Notes under the pieces: model-generated | What the model was told of the DNA's origin: nothing | What the model saw: only the letters and a program-made list of their open reading frames with translations | Databases searched by the model: none | Source of the DNA: Lama glama | Lineage: Eukaryota | Direction: 5' to 3' | Length of the DNA: 64,000 bases | Assembly (NCBI GenBank): GCA_028534125.1 | Contig: CM052817.1 | Span: 89,220,001 to 89,284,000 of the forward strand | Made by a program: the position numbers and the translations under genes | Part shown: in pieces, positions 40,429 through 53,428 of the stretch | Position numbering within the stretch: the stretch's first letter is position 1 | How the letters are laid out: each line of letters begins with the position of its first letter

Positions 40429-42467
40429 GTGCACTATTAATATAAATAGAAATAATGAGAATAGAACAATAATATGTTTTCTTCTCATTAAACATGCTCT
40501 ATTTCCCCCAACTAGAAAAGGGAATTTTATTTTCCAGGCTTAATTTTAAAAGTGTATAATAAAAGCGTTATAAGCTAGTTCTCTCAGCACACATGTGCAG
40601 TGGCGTATCTGAAAGGAGGAAATAAGCTTCACAAAGTTTAAGAAAAACATCCAGGTTTGCACCACAAAAAAAGACACACTAGGGTTTCAATACCAAATCA
40701 TCTAACTCTAAAACCTATGCTCTATAATACATCATGATTTGTTTTGTTTAAAATTTAATGGAAAAATACAAAATGACATACAATTATAATAAAATTTGGA
40801 GTTGTGTATGTTTCATGTCCAGGAAAAGGAAGCATTTCCTAGACTGAAGCAGTTAATAAGGAACAAAGGTTACTTAAGCAAACGGTTTATAAACTTTTTA
40901 AAACCTATTTGGCATTGTCTCCTACTAAATTGTAGTTACAAAAAAAAGTTTTATTCCATATCAGTATCTGTTTTTTCGATTTTAACAGTGTACTTCAGTG
41001 AATTCTCAGACCACTATATGAGACAAAATTACCCCCATGTGCAAAATCCTATTTTTACGCATAGCATTTAAATCGGATCAGTAAAAACATGTAAGGCTTG
41101 AAGACACTGAAATAGTGAAGTGGTTCCATCCAAGCCAGAGGCCAGAAGGAAAAAGCACGGAGAACCAAGCCACTGTAAGTCTTTAAGTTTGTAAACTCCA
41201 TGAGTTTTTATTAATTCATTTGAGGATGACCTAATTTTCAATGATCTCTTTAGCACATTTTACCCATTTCATCCCCATATGCTCCTAATAACTTATCTAA
41301 CCTAGCTAGTACAAGTCTGCATTACTCCTGGAAACATTCTGAGAATGAGAGGATTTCCAGTGAATTAGGCATGCCTTTTATTCTTGGGGGACTTCTGTGT
41401 TTAAATGAATACTCACACGCTTCATTACAGTATCTCTAAAATACATGCACACCCTGAGGCATACCAAATTACTGAATTAAGGTGACATAATTCTTAGAAA
41501 AAGAGTTCAGTACTTCGTTCCTAAAATATACCTATGTCTCCGAGGTTCTGACTAATTTATACTGCTAGGGGAACTGCCCCAATTTACTCTGGCTTCAATA
41601 AAATACCTGCAGCTGCCTCGAGCTACAGCTCTGATTTGGGACAGCAGCACCAGCCAAATTAGTGTTATCACAGTACCATTATTTTTAATAGCTCTTCACT
41701 TCATCAGAGTGAAAAGATTAGGACCCAATCTAACTTGTTAGTTTGTTGTTACCTGGAGAGCTCAACATGCTTCCAAATGGCAGATTAATACGAGTTCACA
41801 GCTGAACTAAAGAAAACACGTTCTTTTATGTATAAATAACACCAACTGTAGAGTTGGGACAATTTCTTCATCTCCTTTAGTGGTCTGAGAATTCACAGAA
41901 CTACAAAAGATAGTTTAAATTAAAAGAAGTTGTGAGATTGTTATGGAATAAAATCATTTTTTGTTTGTCCGTGCAATGGCAGGACTAGATTCTCACCTCT
42001 TGAATAAAGTGAAGTAACGCAATAGAAATGCATTTCTAATGAAATAGCAGGTGAGTTATTTTGTAGCTTTCCTAAGCTAAGTTATAGAGTGGTATTTATG
42101 CTGGTCTTCCTGAATATCAGATGGGTGAGGCCAAAGACATGGCTTTAAACACTGAAAAGGAAGAATTTTTTCTAAGAGGAGCCAGATATACAGGTGGAAC
42201 AACTGGCTCTTAGTTTGCAGCTGTGATGTGAACTGACTTAAAACTAGATTTCACATCCAGCTGCGCTGCTGCACTGCCTAATTTGGAAGCTGTCCATCCA
42301 AAACAAGACCAGGTCATTTATAGCTGGTAGGCAGCACGAAATGTACACATGACCTTTTGTGGTGTAGGTAAAAATTAATCCTTGAAGAATTTATTTTCAT
42401 TATCTAAGCCTTTTTGGAAAAGAAATAAATAAGCTCTCTATGTGCAACCATCTTCAAAAGGTTTTTT

Positions 42468-42967
42468 NNNNNNNNNNNNNNNNNNNNNNNNNNNNNNNNN
42501 NNNNNNNNNNNNNNNNNNNNNNNNNNNNNNNNNNNNNNNNNNNNNNNNNNNNNNNNNNNNNNNNNNNNNNNNNNNNNNNNNNNNNNNNNNNNNNNNNNNN
42601 NNNNNNNNNNNNNNNNNNNNNNNNNNNNNNNNNNNNNNNNNNNNNNNNNNNNNNNNNNNNNNNNNNNNNNNNNNNNNNNNNNNNNNNNNNNNNNNNNNNN
42701 NNNNNNNNNNNNNNNNNNNNNNNNNNNNNNNNNNNNNNNNNNNNNNNNNNNNNNNNNNNNNNNNNNNNNNNNNNNNNNNNNNNNNNNNNNNNNNNNNNNN
42801 NNNNNNNNNNNNNNNNNNNNNNNNNNNNNNNNNNNNNNNNNNNNNNNNNNNNNNNNNNNNNNNNNNNNNNNNNNNNNNNNNNNNNNNNNNNNNNNNNNNN
42901 NNNNNNNNNNNNNNNNNNNNNNNNNNNNNNNNNNNNNNNNNNNNNNNNNNNNNNNNNNNNNNNNNNN
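42468..42967. other. Assembly gap (500 N)
   Basis: Run of N. Confidence 1.
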
Positions 42968-43889
42968 CTCTCTCCCCGCCTTTATGCAGTTAAAGTAGGT
43001 AAAATACTACAATGCTTCCTGTTTATTAGGTGCTACAAATGTTGTCTAAGCCAATCCTCATAACTTTTATTTCATTTCTATTTCACAGGTGAGAAAAATG
43101 GAGGTCAAGGAGACAACACAGTATTTTTTTTACTTAAATACAGATATTTTATGTAGTCTGCATGGTCATTTTACAGCTGTCTTCTAAATTCTATTCCAAG
43201 CTATCACTCCAAAAGGCTTGGAACTGATAATTAGTCCACAAACTGATTTGATTTTCTAAAACACAAACTTAAAAAGGTTAAGTATATCTTTAGCAATTGT
43301 GATCAATTAAATCAAAGGAAAAAAATAAAGAAGTCTAGTATGCAGGAGCTAAGACAGAAGTTATTTGTGGGCTATTTGAATCAAGTAAAGACAGGAAGCA
43401 ATGGTTTTGGTATCTGCATAGAACAAGAATTCTAGGAATCAGGAGAAAAATCAAATAGAACCTGACACTGAGCAACCTTCAGAAAGTCAGAAGTCTCAGA
43501 GTATGTGCATAAAGGAATCTGAAAATTCTGGTCACAGGTTCAGGGGACTAAGGGAATACCCACTCCTTCAGGGGCTAGGCTAACAAGAAACATCCTTGAG
43601 AGGTCAGGACCCTCAAGCAGGTGGTCAGATTCTTACCACTCTAATATTTTATAAATAATAAGTTGAGAGACTAGTATGGAAACCTAAAATTATGAAAACT
43701 GAGAACACTGTGGGTCCTATTTAGAGAAAAACATAAAACCTCCTTTAGAGATGTTTCCCCAGCCGCATGGGACCACTGTGCAAACCACCCTGAGGGGAGC
43801 TCACAGTCAATGTTTACAAACCGTATGAGGAGACCTGCACGGAGGAGAGGGGAACAGATGGAAGAAATGGGAGCGCTTCCTCTCCAAGT

Positions 43890-44142
43890 GAAAAGATCCA
43901 CTGGCATTCTAATCAAAATCTCACCAGGAATTGTAGCATAATTTGACAAGCTGATACTAGAATCCTAATGGAGTTGTATAAGTAAAAATAGCCATGGCAG
44001 TTTCGAAAAAGAAGAGGTTTACTATCAAGCTACAGTAGTTAAAACTGGTTAGATGGAATGGAACTCAAAGTTCGTTTTCCTCCAAGCACATATGGTACAT
44101 GATACAGGCAGGAGTGACACTGACCATCAATAGGAGAAGGAC
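43890..44142 (+). mobile_element. Old L1M ORF2 fragment, host of the MLT2 insertion
   Basis: aatcaaaatc...ttgacaagctgatactagaat...tactatcaagctacagtagttaaaac. Confidence 0.65.
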
Positions 44143-44798
44143 TGTGTTAGGGTTCTCCAGAGAAAAAGAATACAGAGGACGGATGTGGAGTGTGTGTGTG
44201 TGTGGAGAGGGGAAGAGAGATTTGAGAGTCAGTTTTTTCTTTTTTTCTTTTTCTTTTTTTTTTTTTTTTTACTCTTAGGGCTTGAAATTATTGAATAAGG
44301 CCTATCCACATTATGGAAGGTAACCTACTTTAGTCAAAGCTACTGATTTAAATGTTAATCCCGTCTAAAAAAATACCTTATAGAACATGTAGACCAAAAT
44401 GGCTCACCAAGTTGACACATAAAATTCACCACCACAAGCCACCCCCATCAACATGGCATCCATATACACCTCTTTAACCCATATATAATCCCCAAATACA
44501 GTAACAAGGTCCTAATTCTAACATGGGACATAAGATATGTTGACTTTATATGGTAATATTTAAAATGTATTAACTTTACACCATGATATTTAAGTTACAG
44601 GGTATTGAGGTGGGTAAACATCACCCAAGGACTTTGCACCCTCTTCTTGGTTAAGGGATAGTGCATTTTTGGTTGTTCTCAGGATAGCAGTATCTTGTTA
44701 GGCAGAAGTATGACTTTGTTATTCTCTTTAATTGGGGTGAGTATGCTTTAAGGAGACGTATACAGTTGCCATGTTGACACAGAAAATTCACCATCACA
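44143..44798 (-). mobile_element. ERVL element: MLT2-type LTR (44143-44436), PPT and internal 3' end, inverted internal copy, second LTR start
   Basis: tgtgttagggttctccagaga...gttgacacataaaattcaccaccaca is an MLT2 LTR in reverse; TSD aggac (44138-44142) / aggat (44799-44803). Confidence 0.85.
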
Positions 44799-46379
44799 AG
44801 GATAGTCAGGAAATGTTTCCTCTCAAATTTAGAACCTTGGTCTCAACTGCCTAGCTGACATCATGCTTTGCAAGACCCAATAGAACTTATCATTATGTGC
44901 TCCTGAACTTGCTGCTCTCCAGTCGCTGTGCCTCTAAGTAAAAGGCAGCCGTCCCATCTGGTTATGCAAGCCTGAGACAAAGGTGTCATCCTTGTCACTT
45001 TATGAAATAAAGATGAGAGGAAAATATCAATTATTAAAGCCGTGCTATTAATCCTCTTTTAATCCACTTTATTCAACATGTTTATAATATTTAATTTCTG
45101 AAATCCAAGTTAAGTAACCTAATGATTTCTGGTATTCTTACTATTTTATAAACTCATAAATCCGAGCTTATTCCTAAATCATGCACAATTAAAGTACGTT
45201 TTAAATGTAACTAAAAACATATTTAGACATTTTATTCAAAAGAGATCTACATTCTACAATTTTATAAACTCTGCCTATGAAATTTTTATAGTAGAAAGCT
45301 TTATATTTACAATTAATGGTAACTGTAGAAAATAATGTAATTTTAAATCTGACAAGAAAAGTATTTAAGAATACCTTTTGGAAATATCCCTTGTGTTTCT
45401 CTAGGAAGATAACTGGCACTGTTGGTTGTTCTCTTTGGTCATCTGCTTTAATTTCCATCTATTCTCTTTAAAAATCTTAGTACATCCTCATGGCCGTTGT
45501 GATGAAATTATCAGGCAAAATTGGGATAGATTTGGATTTCCTACAGAATAATACCTGATTCCAAACTGATACTTTATTGTTTAAGATGCTATTAATACAA
45601 ACCTGCTATTAAGTAACAGTAAGAAGTGGACCAGCTGAAGAGTGACTAGGAGTGAATAGATCACTCCAACTTTTCCATGGGTCTAAGAACCAGAGACAGA
45701 AGTAGTAACAGATGGTGCTGACAGAGCCGCCGCTCCCCGGCTGTGATAGCGAAACACATGTACGTTCATATCTAGTCAGCACCTCTGTCCCCGGGTTTAA
45801 GGATTATTTGGTGCGTTTCCCTCATTAACATACTTACCTCTGAGTTTTTTGATGGAAGAGATTAGCTCATCTCTGTATCTTCAAAGTGTATATAAAATGC
45901 CTTAGCTAAATATATATATATATATACACACACACACTAAATGTTTATAATGGAGTGTTATAATAAATACACTGAAGGGTGAAAATAAAGGGCATTAATC
46001 ATATGTGTGCACTCTGTGAATGATTGCATTTTTTTCAGACACACTCACATGCAAACCTTAAGTCTTATTAACAGCACACTATTAGAAAACACTTTGAAAC
46101 AAATGTACTTCAGACATGGTGCTTTTTCATCCAACAGTTACTAAAGAACAAAAGATTATCATGTTCAAATATATGTGATTGTTTTCATAGAAACATGCTA
46201 AAAATTTGACAGTTATTTATATATATTCATTATTTAAAAAGGAAATCAAATTTTCATATATTTGATAGTTTTATAAAACTCATTTCCAGAAAAAGCTTTA
46301 TGTAGCTTGGAATTCTGTTTTCAATTTTACATATGATTTTTGTCTTGCAGATATTAATTTTAGCGCAATATTCTGACTT

Positions 46380-46714
46380 CGTGCAGGATAGCTTAGGCTC
46401 ACTCAACTGGGATAATCTGGCAGAATTTAATGAAGAAAAGTCTGAGAAATAGCTAAAGGAAACCAAGAAAGAATTTGTATGTCTCAGGTCTAGTGGGCCT
46501 GGGAGGGCGGATAACGGGGTGGTGTCTGCCACCATGCTGGGCCTGGGGAGTGGCAGGGACCTGGGCTGCAGGTACCTGGAATAAAGACGGACTTCACTCT
46601 CCTGCATTCCCGGGAAAAGATCTCCTAGGCTAGGGTCAGCTCAGATAGTGGAGCCCACTGGAGATCGAGAGTGGAGAGAGGATCTGAAGGGGCAAACAGA
46701 ATATACCCAGAACA
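46380..46714 (-). mobile_element. ERVL LTR33-like solo LTR
   Basis: Reverse complement starts tgttctgggtatattctgtttgccccttcagatcctctctccactc, like the LTR33 5' end. Confidence 0.7.
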
Positions 46715-49700
46715 GCCTGCACCTGTGACATTATCTTTGTGTAATAACAATAAAGAAAATTGTTGCTTTGCTTTTTAGTCTAAGGCACAAATAAAAGAGG
46801 ACAGAATTATATGGACGCCCTTTACACTACAAAACATAAGCTGTAACTAAGGTACATATAAACGAGTATCTCATTCTTCTCAGTGTCCTAAGTACAGATT
46901 CTACTCTCTACAGCGATGGCCAGTTCACAGAACATATGCCAGGTATGTGTGTTCCTGAGATAAGAGCTAATTAAACTCATCAACCAACAAAGGTGGTATG
47001 AGTTTAAAACAGTGAGAATACATGTTCAAGTGTATCTTCTTCACAACTACTCAAATATTGAAAACCTCACAAGCCACCTCCTCAGAAAGCAGTCTCTGCG
47101 TGTACCGCACCCAGTACACTGTGGAAGATGTCAGTTCTCCCCTGTATCTTGTAAATAACCTGTTTTTCTTTTGAGGGCTATGAAAACTGCTACTTTAAAC
47201 TTCAGTTTCCTTTCCTAGTAACAGACATCACTGTGAAGGCCCATCTTTTTTTGGAAAATTTAGATGTGGTTTCAATATGTTGATTCAGTAACAGGTTATT
47301 TTTTAAGCCCACTGGCAGCTTTTCTAGCCAACATTTCACTTTACTTACCAGAGAAAATGTGCCCATAATAATTTAAACAATTTAAACCATTTTAAACAAT
47401 TATTTGTCCAAAAATAGTTTGGAAGTTGGTCAGATTATGGTGACAGTGTACCACCAATCCTAAACCACACACAAAAGAAAGGGAGTTGACATTCTGCTTC
47501 TAGAGCAGTTTTCTTACAAGTACTTTGAAACAGTGAACATGAGAGAACTGACGCGCTAACAATACATGAACGGCACCATCACCACCTGGCTCAGCCAAGC
47601 CAGGAAAGCGAAGCAGAGACTCCAGGAAGGAGCAGTGAGTTCTGCAGGTGTGCAATGAAGGAAGTTCCCAACATCCCAGTATCATCCTGTAGCTGAAAAA
47701 CTCCAGGATAGGAGAGGGAAGCAGGCACAGGGCATCCAGCCAGGAAAACCCAAAACAACTCTGCTGAGGGTGACTCTGGGGCTAACCATGAGTTTAAGGG
47801 GCAAATTCTCAGTGACACGATCGAAGCATGATCTACACAGGTACTCACTGTGGAGAGGGTGTTAGTCATCCAGAGATAGTTTGAGACACACCTGTTCACA
47901 CAAAAATTTCAGTCAATAGTATCATTTCTTTATAATAAGAAAAATATATGTACATATAAAACAGGAATGTTTTTGAAAACTCAATTGCCTAATTAATGAA
48001 AGTGAACATTAAAATATTAAATTAAGTAGAATAAGGCATTCACCGATCCAAACATTTTACTTTATCAAGAGCATTTGTCCCCAAACATGTTGTGATTGTT
48101 TTCATATAAATACTTCATGAAAAATTAAAAATGTTACCTATAGGTTATTACTGAAAAGGAAAAAACAAAAGTCAGACATACCTTATATAGTAAGCAAATG
48201 CACAGAAACAGATTTCAGAGCTTGTAAAATAGTATTTATAAATAACCATTCTCCCCCAGTATAAATGACCGTTAGACTGAGGTCAGCACCCAGCTGCTTC
48301 TATCTAACAGGGAACTTAACTCTTAAATACACAGGTATCTCCTCTCTACCCTGAGATTCATATCTAGTTTTCAGAAAAGGCGTAAGAAAATGGTTACAGT
48401 GCTCCAATCCTTAACTCCACGTTCTTGTATATTCACATTCCACTGCACAGAACACCTCAAGTGCCTTTAACACCCTTAAAGCAGGCTTCTACCGTTTTGG
48501 TTCAGTGATCACATTTTGCCATCCCAAATGACAGCTGTTACATCAGAATATCATCAGTTTTATTTTCACATTGAAGCTGCAGTTATTTTTAATACTTCTG
48601 TCCTTTGGCCTTTTTTTTATTCTATAGCTAAGTGGTTAACATTCAAATTACAGTCTCACAGTTTTCTGGAACCTGACACACTGAGCCTTATGTAGTCTTG
48701 TAGTTGATTTAGTTACACAAATTTCTGTTAAAGATTACTTCCTCTCACTTAAAGTTTAGCTTGAACTGCATGTTACAATAGGAAAAAAGGACCAATAGTA
48801 AGAAAGTTGTAACTCTTATCTTTGAAAATAAGAATTTAGTAGATATTGTCTGAAATGGAAAGAAATACATGACCATTATTCAGCTAATACATACAGGGAG
48901 GCTGGGGCAAAAGGTTCCTAGTATTTCATACAAATTTATAGCACTAACTGATTTTTCAAACCACATATTTGCACAATTATAACACAAAAATAATAGGATA
49001 AAACAAAAGATACCTTAGACAAGTCAGGTAAAAATAGAGATAGATGTTTACTAGTCTTAAGTAGGTTAACAAACAGCAAAACTTATGCGCCTCCACATAT
49101 ACAATGTAGCAGCACCCTATCTCATGAGGGACCTGGACACTGACAGTAACTGAAACAAAACTAGAGGAGGGTAAGACTAAGAGCATGGAAACTGAAATGT
49201 TTCTGTTTCATAGGATGGTGATAACATAATATTAGTTCCTGAAGAGACACTGAAGATCATTTAGTCAAACATCCTTATTTTACTACAGAGGAATCCGATA
49301 TTAGGGAAAGCAAGTTAATTGAAGACGGTCACATATCAGTCAACAGCAAAACTGGACTGGACAAAACTGTCTGTAGGTCTGGGACCTATTACTCTCCAGT
49401 GGTATAAGAGCAGATGTTCTTCACCAGACAGCACAAAGAGGGTATTGTTCAAAAGGAGAAACTGTGGTAGTGACGTGTTACAGCCAGCCACCCACACACC
49501 CAGAAATATATACAATGATCACCCATTATGCACAAGACAGGAAAGCTGATAAATCTGGTCTAGTCTGAAGGTGGTCATAAATGTAACGTTTGTTTAAAGA
49601 AATAATTCAAAAACATTTTAAATAATTGGAAAAATCAAACACACACACACATACACACAATGAGTGGTATGATGGATAAAACTTGAAATGAGTGTTCTGA

Positions 49701-50577
49701 TGTTTGCAATGTTTCTATTTTCAGTTTTTTCCAAGTTTAATATTTTTTACTGAATGTTTGAAGCATTTAGTTTTGTCATTCAACTGGTTGAAATAATCCT
49801 TAGAAAAATACTGATACTTCTGATCAAAACTATTAGAAAAAGGCAGACTAACAGTTGGATGCTGACATGTAAACATAGAACAAAAATTCAAAGTTCTATA
49901 TGATTATTTTTAACATATATGTATATACATTACATCTTCAAAGTTCAAGCTATCATTTTTTAATTATTATATTTTCATTTAAAATTAACTTACTGAGAAC
50001 TTATCAGTACATTTCTGAATATTTTTCATAGCTGTATTAATTTATGGAGTTCAGCATTATTTTTAACATAATTAGAAGTATAATTGAGAAGAATTAAGAC
50101 ATACCAAAAATAACTTTTTCTTTAGGGTTATTTGGAGTTTTAAATTTTACAATTTACCAAAAGAGAACATGGTCAAATTAATTAGGTTAGTTAATATAAG
50201 GAATTTTAAAATTAACTTAATCTAGAAATTAGTACAGTTACATTATTTTTGCTTGATTAGTTTGAGTCTTTCAAAAGTGATTTTGTCTTCTGAATATTTT
50301 CAGTCAGTTCAGTTTGTTCCCCACTATTAGAATACCTATCTACTGTTTTGAAAATTTTTTTAAACATTCACTGGAAAGCTACATGGTACTAGCTTATTAA
50401 TCCTGTTCCAGTGAAGTTCTAAATACAGAAAATGGTTTTATTTCATTGATAATAATATTAATGAAACTGAAAAAAATGTGATTTTTATACAGAAAAAGGC
50501 TCTTGCAGCAAATGTCTATTTATTATGATTCAGGCACAGTTCTCTCCCATAGAAATTTTTTTTTCTTTTAGTCACCA

Positions 50578-50672
50578 CCACGGGGAAAAGCCTAGCTCAG
50601 GATGAAGCTGATACAAAAGAGAGGAGCAGTGAGAGACAGATGGTCATAAGGTCCTGGTGGCATCATCTGACA
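50578..50672 (+). mobile_element. MLT1K/L fragment
   Basis: ggggaaaagcctagctcaggatgaagctgatac...gagagacaga...tcctggtggcatcatctga. Confidence 0.5.
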
Positions 50673-51507
50673 ATAAGTTACACAAGGTCGTAGTCAGTGA
50701 CACTGTCCTGCACAGCCGGAAAACCCCTACCAGCTGATGGAATGTCAGCTCCTGGAATGACTCTCAGGATTCTTCCCTCCTCACATTCCCTAGTCAGGCT
50801 GTCCCCCCTGGACTACTGCAATGATCCTCTCACAGGGCTCCCATCTTCTTTCACACACAGTTCATCCTGTTTGCTGAGTCAGAATGAGCCTGTCCTTCTG
50901 CTCTGCTGTCACATCCTTGCTTACAAACCTCAGTTACCTAGGATATCCTCTTTCTTTAAAAAAAAAAAAAAAAGGAATTACTTCTACATATGTTAATATC
51001 CCAAGAACATTTTTATTATTTTTACTTTAATCATTTTTCTTTTCAAAAGACTAAAAATGCAAGGTGTTTTGTTTGCTTGTTTTTTATGCGGGGGGAGGGT
51101 GAGAAAGGAAGAAAAATGAAATCTGTGCTTTCATCCTTTGGAATTTTGCCCCATGATCCTTCACTTACTCTAAGGGGTATAACTGTAACAGCTGATACGT
51201 CTTCTTTCTGCAAGCTGTAATGTGTCTACAGTCCATATTTTAAGTGAGCTGATTATTCTATAAAGAATTTAAAAGAATGTAAAGAATCTGTGTTTCTTCC
51301 ACTGTGAAGAATTTGGCCAAATGTGCTGAAATGCCCTTTTACTCCATGCAGTGACAATACGGGGAAAGATGCAAAGTAAAACAGCTTAGCCTTTCAATCA
51401 TGAAACCTATTTCCACACTATGTTATTGGTTTAGTCATGCATGTTTAAACACACTGTCACCAATAATGCAAAATATCTGATACTACATCACTGTACAGAA
51501 CAGAAAA

Positions 51508-51530
51508 ACCACCACCACCACCACCACCAC
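51508..51530. repeat. (CCA)n microsatellite
   Basis: Seen directly. Confidence 0.9.
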
Positions 51531-53120
51531 AAGTCAAAATGAAGCCTACTGCCTGGAAAAGTCCTTTTTCATAGATACTATGGTTCTTCCTTGAACATTT
51601 TCATATGGTGTCAATAGTGTTTTCACAATTAATAAATCTACACCTGCCAATATGTGGGAATCACCAGCAAATGAATATGTACTTACAATCAGACAAAAAA
51701 CACTTTAATCAGGACAGTCCTAGGGTTTTAAAATATTATACTTTAAAACAACTAAAACATTAAAAGTTACAGGATAAACACTTTTAAGGCAATTTTTCTT
51801 TTATTTCTTTTCAAGTCTAATTTATTTAAACTAAAGTAAAATAGTCCATCCATTTCTCCCTTTATTAGAACAAATCTTTAATGTCACATTAAGATTTTCT
51901 TTAAAATTCTAAGTATCAAATTTGGTTTCAAATTTGAAACCAATTCCTCTCCACATTTACAAAATGAAAGTCACTTAGTCATTTAATGAATATATTTTAT
52001 TTACTGAGTGATATATGACACCTCCGATTTATTAGAAGCCATTGTTAATTAATAAGAAGCTTACAAAAATATTACCTAAAGACTTCTCTAAGAATAAAAT
52101 CGTAGTTTCACACCTTCTCCAGATATGAGAATGCTTTTCCTTAATGAAAAAAATTTTGTTGGGCATTTGCTTAATATATTTAAACATAAACTAAAACCAT
52201 CACTTAAAACTTTTTCCTACAATTGATTTTTCAGAATTTCTATTTCTCTATGAAAGTTACTTTTTAATTTTAGTAACTGCCAAAAATAAAGCAAGAATAA
52301 ATACAAAACACATATGCCCTTTTAAAATTAAGGAACACACTTTAAATTATTGCGTTAGAAAATTAAATTAGGAATCCCAATTTATTTCATCATTCTCATT
52401 TTATGCCTATCCAGTCTATTACTTCAAGTGTGTAAAATGAATGCTCTAAGCTCTAGGTCAAGTTTAGGAACATGTTAGTAAACCCAATGGACAACATTTT
52501 ATTGCAACCCAGTGCCCATAAGAAATGAGAATAGATTAAATGGTAGGTATTAAAAATGTAATACCAGTTGGAGGATGTACAAAAGAATTATCATAAAAAA
52601 TGATTCCAAGTGCTGAATCTATTATGAATAATATGTTACTTAAAACCATTGAAAAGTTAAAAAAAAACATTGAAAAGTAAGATACAGAGGAAAATCCCAA
52701 TATATATTACATGAAGGAATCTTTTCCCTTGTTTTCAGTCAATACATTTATCTGAGATTTCTCTACCCATTTTTCCTCCCTTTCAACACTGCATATTTTT
52801 TCTACCTTAGTTATTTCCTTGTCTTGTTTGCTAGTACCTAGCTGAGAAACAACTACACAAAAAGAAAACACTTTGATCATGTCTATTCCTTTCATTTTAA
52901 ATGTGTAGTTTAAAAATAGTTGTCATTTATTCCTTGTTTATGCAGCAGGAAAAAAATATAACATGTTTGCCCCTTCTAGATACTAGAAATTAAATTATTT
53001 TTCTATACAGAGACACAAAATCTTATTTTGAATCATACCATACCTGTTCTCTATTATTATAATGCTAGATAATCTCTCACATATTAAATATGCTAAGATT
53101 CACTTACTATGCATTTTTAA

Positions 53121-53428
53121 CTGAAGTATAGCTGGTTTATAATATTGTGTTAGTTTCTGCTATACAGCAAAGTAATTCAGATACATATATATATATATAT
53201 ATATATTCTGATTAGTTCCCATAATTTCTATATTATAGTTAATACAAATGAGTCTGTATACAAAACAGAAACAGACTAACAGACATAGAAAACAAATTTA
53301 TGGTTACTAAAGGGAAAAGGGAGAGGGGGAGGAATAAATTAGGAGTATAGGATTAACAGATGAAACTATACATACAATAGGTAAGCAACGAAGATTCACT
53401 GTATAGCACAGGGAACTACACTCAATAT
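53121..53428 (-). mobile_element. Short L1 3' end with 5' inversion, flanked by an 18-bp TSD
   Basis: About 53121-53240 is the reverse L1 terminus; about 53245-53428 is the upstream L1 3' UTR on +; TSD cttactatgcatttttaa (53103-53120) / cttactgtgcatttttaa (53429-53446). Confidence 0.9.

Noticed and set aside
42440..43063. Long ORFs of 183-207 aa
   Set aside because: N-gap artefacts.
45712..45790. REST/NRSE half-sites (TCAGCACC, CTGTCC)
   Set aside because: Spacing and orientation do not give a canonical RE1 element.
52707..52895. Minus-strand charged ORF behind a pyrimidine-rich acceptor
   Set aside because: No good donor and no recognisable homology; purine bias alone can explain it.
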